A DNA stretch of 64,000 nucleotides from Octopus vulgaris (Eukaryota). The translations under genes and the position numbers were made by a program. The notes below the pieces were generated by a model. That model saw nothing but the letters and a program-made list of their open reading frames with translations. It made no database searches and was not told the DNA's origin. Shown here in pieces: positions 53,601 through 64,000 of this stretch (its first letter is position 1; each line of letters opens with the position of its first letter). Location: the NCBI GenBank assembly GCA_951406725.2, contig OX597817.1, forward strand, positions 72,850,001 to 72,914,000, in the 5' to 3' direction.

Positions 53601-56600
53601 CCATGTATTTCTTCATAATATATATATATATATATATATATGCTTATATGTAAATATAATCAAAAGGGTAATAATATAGATTACTACCAGTGGCCCTGCA
53701 CAAAAGACGAATTAGTCATTAGACAAAATATTATTCATATAGAAAAATATTATTCATGTAGAAATATAATTATAAGCATATATATATACATATATATATA
53801 TGCTTATATGTATATGCAAATGTATATACATGCCACTAATCTTAAAGTTTCACTTATAAGTAGTCAGTCGGATGATGTTTACAAAGCCCAAAGTTTGAAG
53901 TCACTGTTTTCCTCGTAAAATTGATAAATATGGAACTCTACTAAAAAGCATTGCGTGTTCTTTCAATTTAATGTTTGAACTTTTTTAAAATATAATTTTA
54001 CATAAGAAAAACATACACATGTATATATATGAGCACATATCTATATGAACAAATACATACACACTTGCAAGCACAATATAGATAGATAGACAGAAAGACA
54101 GACAGACACATACATATGCACACATATCTTTATATGTGGAATATATACACACATACTCCTGCATCTACAAACAAATGCATTTAAACATTTGAATATACGT
54201 ATAACTCAGAGCAAAATCAGCAAGCAGAAATAACATTGATAATTTATTTCTATAATTGCTTTCTTTAAAAAGATTCAGAAATACTGGAATATCTATTTTC
54301 TCTCTAATCTTTCGTCTTTTATCCTTGGGCTACAGCAGTTAAATTTTAAAAGATGAAATACTGAGCACAGGGTCATGATTTTAAACCTGGTCACAGACAT
54401 TGTCCTGTGCCACCATGTAATGAAAATTACTAAACTTGTTTCTGTCTGCCTGATGAAGAATTCATATAAGAAAAGAAAATGACATGCTTCACTGATACTG
54501 ATTTCTCACACTGACTCAAGGCAATAAATTTGTTAGTGGGAGATATTGCGAACTGAATCTGCCTCAGAATGAGCCTTTATATGATTGCTTGACCTGCTAG
54601 AAATAGCAGCCCAATTTCCTTCAAACTGCACTCTACTGCCATAGAAAGGACACACTGACCTTTTTACCACAAAATAAAATTTTATGGTTATTCTATTAAT
54701 GATGTTAAATATATATATATCTACAAAAAAAAAAAAAAAACTGGTATTTTTAGCAAGTCATGTGGTCTTGACATATTCCAACTTGACAACTTGACATATC
54801 CCAACAAAAAGTAGATTTAAACATGACATTCCTCTACAAAACATAGATTCGTATATAAAACAGTTTCCTGCAGTTAAGAGTAATGAAATTTTAGTGGATA
54901 TATCTGATTTCTGTAGCAAGAGAGTTAAAAAATATAACCCAACATAACTCGGAGGAGGTGGGAAAGTATGGTTATGACTGGAATGCCTTTTACCATCAGT
55001 CTGCTTGACCAGTTTATTAATGCTGTTTTTTTGTCTTCTTTAGAGAGTCATGATCATTAGATTAATGACTTCACTGTATGGCATCAGACACTTGTTGGAG
55101 AAAGAGAGAAGAATAAACCAAATCACAGAGTTGGTTCAAAAGCTTACATTAGAGTGTGTTATGTTTTAATATGATTTAGCAACCAAGTCTCTAGAAGAAA
55201 CTTATAGGCAGCGTGACTAATTCAAGGTTTGGCTGCTTGCATAAGTGACCATCAGTGAGTGAGGAATGAGGTATGTATATCATCATCATTTAATGTCCCT
55301 TGTTTGCATGGATCAGACAGAATTTGTTGAGGCAGATTTTCTACAACCTTCCAAGAAAAGTAATATTTCCCTGGACAAACATTTTTCACGGAAGAAAAAA
55401 TGTTTCACGGAAACAAACAATATTGGTTGTCTGATGGTGATACTCATTTACATTCATCACATGTTATCAAAACAAGAGTAAACACAAACACAGACCAATG
55501 CATATATGTACATATATGGTGGGCTTCTTTCAGTTTTCATCTAAGAAGTCTGCTCAAAAGGCTTTGGAGTTATAGTAGAAGACTTGTCCAAGGTGTACAG
55601 TGAAACTGAATATGAGACCACATGGTTAGGAAGCATACCAGAGAGAGGAGGAAGAGAAGTTATCACATGACACATAATATAAAGCTTAATACAAAATGAT
55701 AATAATCCTCTGTACTGTCAGCATAAGGCCTGCAATTTTGGAGGATAAGTTAATTATGTCAACCCTAGTATTCAACTGTACTTATTTCACTGACTCAAAA
55801 GGATGAAAGGCAAGCTGAAGCTCAGTGGAATTTGAATCAGAATATAAAAAGGGGAACGAAATGCCACAAAGCATTTTGTCTGGTGTGCTAACAATTCCGC
55901 CAGCTTACATCACCACCTTGCAAATATGTTAATAATAATTCTTTCTAATTTAGGGACATGGCCAGCAATTTTGAGGGGAGAGGTTAGTTGGATACTGGTG
56001 ACATCAATATCTGACTGGTACTTTATTTTTTAGATACCAAAGGGATGAAACACACATATGACTCAGTGGAATATGAACACAGAACATAAAGCATAAAGGT
56101 GAAATAGCAAGTCTTCCATTTAAACAACTTGTGTTCCTTACCAGAGTCAGTGACAAAAGACTTTGATAATTAGATTTCCTAATTAATTTAGGATAATCAA
56201 AACAAAAGTAATTTTTCCTTCATGAAAACTTTGCAGGAAAGATAAAAACAAATACCACATACCATGTATAGAAAATGATACAATACTATCAGTGGAGTTT
56301 GTGACAAAAGACTGACACTTTATAACTTTACTCCATTCATTCATTTTTATGTCCGTTTTTTCCAAGTTAGCAGGAGTTAGAGAAGTAAATAATTTTGAGT
56401 TGTTGGTTTACAGTGGATACCTTTTTTGATGCTAACAGCAAGGGGTTATTTTTATATATTTCATACATCTTTGAAAGCAGAGAGTTAGGAAACACTTTTT
56501 TTATTAGTGGATTATCAATAAAGCTAGCCATTTGTAACTCAGTGCTGTTTACATGTGAGTGCGGAATAAACATTCACACACACACACACACACACAATAG

Positions 56601-57130
56601 GTTTCAGATAATATCTGTCAGCCAAATTCAACTCACAAAGCAATTGGTTAACCAGTGACTGTAGTAGAAGACTCTTGCCCAAGGTACCATGCAGTGGAAC
56701 CCAGTTTAAAATCATATGGTTGAAAAGCAAACTATTACAAAAATATCATAAAACAAAAAAATGAATATAACAGCTTATGTATGTGAGTGTGTGCATGTGT
56801 GCTTGAATGGCCAATATAACACAACCACAATGTAAACAGTTTTTAGCTTCAACATGTGATTATGATCTCAGATGAAATTATTTTCCAAATACTTTGCAAA
56901 AACAAAATTACAGATTGAAATTCTCTTAGATTATTGTTTTATTTGTACTTCTTTTGATTTCCTTTTCTTTTCTTTTCACTCCATGTCTAAAAACAAAAAC
57001 AATTACACTTTTACTGACAGTATAAAAAAAAATATACAGTCAGAGAGTTTTTCTCTTGTCTTTTTTTATACTTCAATGGCTTCTGCTGTTCAGAAAATTG
57101 CTAACTCCATTTTCCTTTTTAACAGCTAAA

Positions 57131-57508
57131 TCTCTCTCTATATAAACGGCAGTTTGTCTGTCTGCGTGTCTGTTAGGTTGTACCCTCACCCTGACCACGG
57201 CTTTCAACCGATTCTGATGAAACTTGACACACACATAGCCCAATGTCATAATTCAAAACTAACGCAGCGAAAATTTTGAAAAGTTTCCCCAGTTCTGAAA
57301 AAAATCGATAAATTCGACATGAGGTCGAGAATCAGAAACAAAAACCACAGATTGTTTAGGGGACGCAACTCGACCTTTTTAACTCTCCAAAAAAAATTTA
57401 CCATAATTTTTTCCCCCATTTTTTTGCTATTTTTTGGCTATAACTCTCTAAAAATGCTTTATAGTTATTTCCCTTACAAACCCGAGCAACGCCGGGCGAT
57501 ACTGCTAG
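57131..57508 (+). mobile_element. Short non-autonomous Helitron
   Basis: A|TC... 5' end, 3' hairpin cccg-agcaacgc-cggg followed by ...CTAG|T, no TSD. Confidence 0.85.
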
Positions 57509-58399
57509 TCAAAAGATAAAGAACAGTGTCCAATGCTAGTGGTGATGTTAAACTAGGAAAGAGATTAAGACTACTGCCCAAAACATTCTTTGCCATGATC
57601 CTTATTTTCAAAATCTGCAATCCTAAAATATTCTTTGGGAAAACAAAAGTAAAAGCTACTAAAGAATTTTAAAATATTTCTATTTGACACCCTTCTACCA
57701 TTGATCGCTATTCACATGCCTCCTTCCTAGAACCTCATACTGAATAGCTTTTCAACAAACTTCTTATTTCTTCAAAGAAGAGCCCTGCTCAAAACTAATG
57801 TCCACCTCTCCTTGAGGCACAGTAACCTATTGTATTTTAAAAATTTTATGAGCTTTTTTGTTGCTAATACACACCATCACTTGTTTTCTAAGATAGTGGT
57901 GGTGGCAGTTGTGGTAGTGGTGACAGCAGCAGCCACAGTAATGGTGGTAGTAGTAGTAGTTATTACTTAACTTCAAATGAAGCTTGATTGGACTTCTTGT
58001 GATATTCTAAGATATTCCGACCATGACCATCCTTAAACCTTCTCTTCTGACACAGTATATCTAGACTATTTTCAATCCAATATGCTCTTTTTTTTTTTTC
58101 CTAAGATAGCTGGATCTGACACAAGAGATTTGTCTGCTATTTCTAGCAGGGTGAGCAACCACATACAAGATTCCTTTGTTGGTCTGACTCAAAATTTAGC
58201 TGTTTTCTTTGTCTCAAACTGAACAGTTTGCCCAAGATCAGTGTTTCCTAACCGCAAATCCATTTTTCAGAAATTCCTTTCCTTGTAATTGTTATTCCTG
58301 CCATGCACAGAGACTGAATGAACTTACACCAAACATCCCGTCTCCAGGCCCTAAACTATATCTTGGATATTACTCCCCTGTCCTATACTAACTAAAAGA

Positions 58400-59340
58400 C
58401 ACTATCTGCTAGGATCTTGGTGGCAGTGGATCCAAGCTGCTTAATGTTAAAATATAGGTGGCGGCTGATTGGATTAGCTCAAAAGTTGTTTTGACCCTGT
58501 GGACCCAATCAGCTAAGAATCTGGTCTTTCCAGATTTTTTTAAAATGGCCTGTTGCAGGTACCCAGTGATACTTGAGGGATACCTTCCCCCACCAAGTGT
58601 CACCTGTGCCTGGAACCAGGCCACATTAAAAAGAACTGTCCCCAGGACCAGAGTAGGGTCCTGGAACAGTTGGTTGAGGAAGAGCTCCTCTTTCAGAGGA
58701 AAAGATGGAGGCAGTCAAGGAGGTGGAGACCTCCCCGAAAAAAAAGGGGAAAAAAGGAAGAAGGTGGGCAGCAATAGTTGCCCACTGAAGGACCCCAAAG
58801 CTGCGGGAGAGAGGGAAGATCTTCGAGTTAAAGCAGAGGAACTACACTCTCCCGTATCAAAGGCAAGAAAAAAGAAGAAAAAGGATGGGACAGTGCTGGT
58901 GGTTAGCAGTACACTGCCGGCATGTCCTGAAACCTTGTCGGTGGGAATTGTGCCACCGATGGAGGAAACTCTGGCCCCTCCCAGTATAATAAATAAGGAA
59001 TTTGTGATCTTCTTCCTTAAAGGAGGTCCTGTCCTGCACTGAAAGCCTGGATTGGCCTCCGCAGGTGGCTGTGGAGGTCATGGTGGAAAATGATTTACCA
59101 AGGACGAATACAATTTTTTCATAAGGGGCCCTAACTAGCGACTGCAGGCGGCAAGAGACTTAGTCGGGGAGGTAGAGTAAGAGGTCTTAGTGCCTTGATT
59201 TGAACCTGGTGATTTTGGTAAGAGGCTTAGCGCCTCAATTTGTAAGGATGTTTGAGTCCATTTGCTGAACTGTTTTAAGAGGTTTAATACTTCCTCTGTG
59301 TTTTTTAAAAAAAAGAACGTTTTCATGAAGTAGCAATCGG
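58400..59340 (+). mobile_element. Degenerate ORF1/gag-like region of a non-LTR retrotransposon (L1/Tx1-like)
   Basis: A CCHC zinc knuckle CHLCLEPGHIKKNC at 58598-58639 lies out of frame with the ORF-track ORF. It is followed by a basic low-complexity region. GC content is higher than in the flanks. Confidence 0.65.
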
Positions 59341-59586
59341 CAGGCATTGTCTGCTTCCACTATCAACCATCTCTTTTTCATTCCATTATCATTGTGTCTG
59401 TGTCCAGCCTGCAAGCTTCCATCTGTATTATGCCTTCATGGCAAATGTAATGAAATAAAGAAGCTTGCTTCCCATCCACATGGTTCCAGGTTCAGTCCCA
59501 CTGCATGGTACCTTGGGCAAATGTCTTCTATAGCCTCAGGCCAACCAAAACCTTGTGAGTCAATTTGGTAAATGGAAAGCCCATTG

Positions 59587-59630
<44 letters not shown>

Positions 59631-60316
59631 TGTGTTTATCCCCCTACCATCTGTTTATGTCCCCGTAACTGAGCAGCTCAGCAAACGAGTTCGATAGAAT
59701 AAGTACTAGGCTTACAAAGAATAAGTCCTGAAGTTGATTTCTTTGACTAAAACCCTTTAAGGTGGTGCTCCAGCACGGCTGTAGTCAAATGACTGAAACA
59801 AGTAAAAGAATAAAAGAATACTATAGGTCTCTTTTCCCCAACTTTTATGTTAAGGGGATGTAAATAAACCAACACTGGCTGTTAGGTGGTGGAAACAAAC
59901 AAACAAACAAACACACACATGCATGCGCACACACACACATACATATACGAACACACACAAAGACGTACAGATATTGGCAGGCTTCTACATAGTTTCTGCT
60001 AATGAAATTCACTCACAAAGCATTGGTTGGCTCAAGATTATACTAGAAGGCACTATTATTATTTTCCTTCTTTTTTCATTCTATCACATAATATAAACTG
60101 ACTTAATAACTTCTCTAACATAAATGGAAATTCTGTAGTTTATAGCTCAACTCTTGCTCTATTTTTTGTTTAAATTGCTAGCTTTTTGTTTCTCATACCA
60201 AAACAGCTAATTTTAAACATAATCTAGTCAAGCTCTGTCTTGTTAAACCTAACCCAAAGATACACACAAGAGATTAAAACTTAAGTAAAATTAATAGACC
60301 ACATTGAAACAATCAA

Positions 60317-60357
<41 letters not shown>

Positions 60358-61039
60358 GTAAAATATAAAATGAGAATAAAAATGCAATTTAAATGCATGT
60401 AAATTTAATAATAGTTATCTTAATAGCTTTCTAAACAAAACATGTGCCTACATTTTACACCTCACAAAATGTAAGTACATGTTTTGCTTTCTAAGAAGTT
60501 AAGCAAAACCAAAAACAAAACTGTAAAACCAAAATGAAAAAAAGAAAACAATACAAGTGACAGCTTTCCAGAGGTATGTTAGATCTAATTCTTTTAGAGG
60601 CAACTACAAACAAAGAAAAATCTATGCACATTCCGCATCGACTGAAATGTATATATTTTTTTTTATAATCTAATGTCGCAAGAGAAATAATAATCACTTT
60701 CGGATTACAGGACCAAGCTGAAATGCACATTTTGTATGCAACATTTGTAACTAACAGACCTCCTTATTCCAAACAGATATCAATGGTTTTATAACATTAT
60801 CCATGCAACATGTAGTAAGTATTAAAGCTACAGCGAAGACATATCAATAAAGGCACAGATGTAAATTCCATTTACAGTCCACAGAATTAATAAGGAAAAT
60901 ACATAATGAACAAATGACCTCATGAAAATGAGTCTCCAGACGGCCATTCAACTTGTTCGAAATAGCAATCAAATCTCCTTCAAATCATATTCTAGTGTTT
61001 TTTATACATGTATAAAAGGAGACATTTGGTAATATATAC

Positions 61040-61330
61040 AGAGATGTGCAACATCTTTGTACACATACGACAAAGTGTGAATGTGCTGAAAGTTGGGTAT
61101 AAGAGGAATCCGATGCAGCATGCAAGAAAGAAGATTACATTGGTTTGCACATGTGATGTGTATGAATGAAAGTGCCAATCACTGAGAGTGGATGGCACCT
61201 ATGGAAGAGGGAGACCCAAGAAGACATGGGATGAAGTGGTGAGGACTGGCCTCAGGATGTTGTGCCTCACAAAGATGACAATGGACTGAAATGTCTGGTT
61301 ATATGAGGTTCTTGAGAAGACCCACCCATT
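61040..61330 (+). mobile_element. RTE-clade LINE 3' fragment
   Basis: Frameshifted LHWFAHV...RVDGTYGRGRPKKTWDEVVR...L motif. Confidence 0.8.
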
Positions 61331-62565
61331 GCAGTGAAAATGAGCTCTAAAAACACTGTGGGTTACACCCACATGTAACAACAATAAAACTTTTTCCACA
61401 CCCTACCCCACAAACCAAACTATATCTCTCCTCTCCCTTATGTTTCCTCTTTTCATGCACTATGCTTATCTCTTGCTCCCCAATCCTGCCCTCACTGTCC
61501 TGCTCACTGTATCATTGCTTCCTTTTGTCACCCATGTGTTCTGTATGCCCAGGTTTTACCAGTCACAGCATTGCCCACCCCCACACTCTTTGCATTCACA
61601 TGAAGTCTCTTCTCCCAACTCATGCATTTTGGCAATACCTTACTATTTATATTCTGACCCTGTATCTTGAGAGTATGCCCTTCCACTTTGTGAACACATA
61701 TCTCTCCCTGTTCAACTCTACCATCCCATTTATATTCCTGTTCCTTGTGAGCATGCCCTGGCACATCACTACCATCTCTCTCCTGCTCTCTTGCACTCTC
61801 TTTCTCTTCCACTCTCTCTTTCACTTGCTCTCTTTCTCTTGCTCTCTCCCTCTGACTGTTTAACTATGTATTTCCTCTACAGCAATACACCTATTTCTGG
61901 CCTTAATCTCTCTCTCTCTCTCTTACGGGGGTAATCATGTATCTCCTGTATAGCAAGACACCTGTTTCTGTCTCTCTGTCCATAGTCTAACTTTTCATCA
62001 TCTAGCACAACATCACCTCCTTCAATGCCCCATCCGCTCTCAATGGATCTTTGTCTTGCAAGTTACTTGGTGACCCTGTCAGTGCTGGTGACACATAAAT
62101 GGTATCCAGTCCAAACTGTAAATGGTTGGCAATTGAAAGTGCATCCAGCACTAATCTTGCCTGTGCTGGTGCCATGTAAAAAGCACTCAGTCCACTCTGC
62201 CGAGTGGTTGGTGTTAGGAAGGGCATCCAGCCATAAAAACCATGCCAAAACAGACAGTGAAGCATGGTGCAGTTTTCTACCTACCCAGTTCCTATCAAAT
62301 TGTCCAACCCATGCCAGCATGGAAAGCAGATGTTAAATGATGATGATGTTTAAATGATTGGAAATATAAGTCTGAGGTTTTGATGCTGTCCTAGTGAGGA
62401 TCTGATTGAAGAGTTTGGAATTTAAAAAAGTAGGAAAAATCTTTTCAATATAAATAAAGTAGAAGTATACAAAAATAAACATTAGTTTTGTTTTACTTTG
62501 AAAAATAAAAACTTACTTTATGGTTTAGTATTATTTATATATATGTGGGCACCAAAATTTTTCAA

Positions 62566-62626
<61 letters not shown>

Positions 62627-63353
62627 CACACACATAACCATTGGGATGAAAAAAATTATCATCTGAATAATATATATAATATAGCTGCTAACAAAACAGG
62701 ATATATTACAGATCATATTTTCTGACAGATAAATCTATACCAATGTCCTTGTGCACTGCTATAGATTTAGTCTCAGATACCAAGATGTAGGTAAGTAGAT
62801 AGATTGATAGTTGACAGCAGAGAAGAAAGGTACATAGGTAGAGAAATGATTAAGAAAGATAGACACATAGATGAAGACAGAGATGAAAATAGATTTTACT
62901 TTATTTTATTATTCTTTTACTTTGTTTGGAGAACAGAGGTGACTTAAAGTGATTCCAACTGTGCCAAATTATGCAAAAATTATTTGGGAATATGAGAGAA
63001 AAAAAGAAAGAAAAAAAGGAAAATAATTGAAGGTGAAGGAAAGCTGATAGATAAGGATTAAAAGGTTTCTAAAACTGAATATAGTTTTAAAGAGTCCCCA
63101 TGATAAGCTTTTATAAAATAAAATAAAAATAAATTAATTAAAATAAAAAATAAAATTGGATACGCAGATTTTTATTTTATTTGAAGATTTCAATGAAATT
63201 ATGAGCTTGACATAGAAGCAGAGATAGAGAAAGAAAGAGAACATGAGAAAGCTAAACCATAGATATACATGTGTACATACCTACATATATATGTATGTGT
63301 TTGCATGTGTGCAAGGGAAGAGGAAGAATGTATCAAATGATTTAATTTCAAAC

Positions 63354-63355
<2 letters not shown>

Positions 63356-63419
<64 letters not shown>
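63356..63419. repeat. (AG)n microsatellite
   Basis: Direct reading. Confidence 0.95.
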
Positions 63420-63421
<2 letters not shown>

Positions 63422-64000
63422 CACAACAAAACCAAAATAGAAAATAAACAATATTATTCCTGATTTATTTATTTATTAACTGATTTACTGGGAAACATTC
63501 TATGACATTATTGATTAGAATAAGAAAATAAATCAAGGACGGCAAATTGACAGAAACAGGAGAATGTGGAAACTAAATTCTTTACAGTTTACAATATTTA
63601 ATTTCACCTTTCACTGTTGAGAGAGTTTAAGCCTTGCTAGGTTTGAAATTACTATCTTTCTAATGTCAATAGCAAATGTCATAAGTACCAGTAATATCCT
63701 GGGACCAATATAATTGACTGCATCCTTCCACTTTCACTTTACTGGCCCCATAAACCAATAAGAGAACTTCTATGTCAATGGCTCTTAAATTTCCGTGTGT
63801 GACACATTGGAAATAAAGGAAACATTAAAAAACAATGAATAAATGTAAAAAAAAAATACTATTGTTTATTCTACTTTATTTGTTATGCTTGTGTATAGGA
63901 AAATTAATGCACCATTTGAGAAGTGTCCCTCTATATGATGACTCAAATTGCTTGGAATAGCTACAAAATCTTAAGGCAGTGAGCTGGCAAGACTGTTAGC

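Overview
AT-rich, microsatellite- and transposon-dense eukaryotic DNA. The SINE repertoire and the abundant (TA)n tracts resemble octopus genomes; this is an inference from recall, not verified. Nearly all ORF-track entries are spurious. By reading splice sites I reconstructed four short, phase-compatible minus-strand exons (44242-44310, 27762-27836, 15628-15745, 1601-1716) separated by 12-16 kb introns. They encode a multi-pass membrane protein segment that resembles the N-terminal part of plant NO EXINE FORMATION 1 (NEF1). The introns and the region upstream of the first exon carry Merlin, mariner, hAT, piggyBac-type, pogo-type, Helitron, LINE and SINE insertions, several of them nested. The most striking hidden signal is about 12 type-I hammerhead-ribozyme-like motifs from several distinct families. 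Most lie in short elements embedded in (TA)n tracts. They include a C3G/G8C core-swapped variant, a 1.19 kb near-perfect palindrome with two back-to-back hammerheads, and one motif just 3' of a Penelope-type GIY-YIG remnant. All structures were paired by eye; no folding or database search was run.
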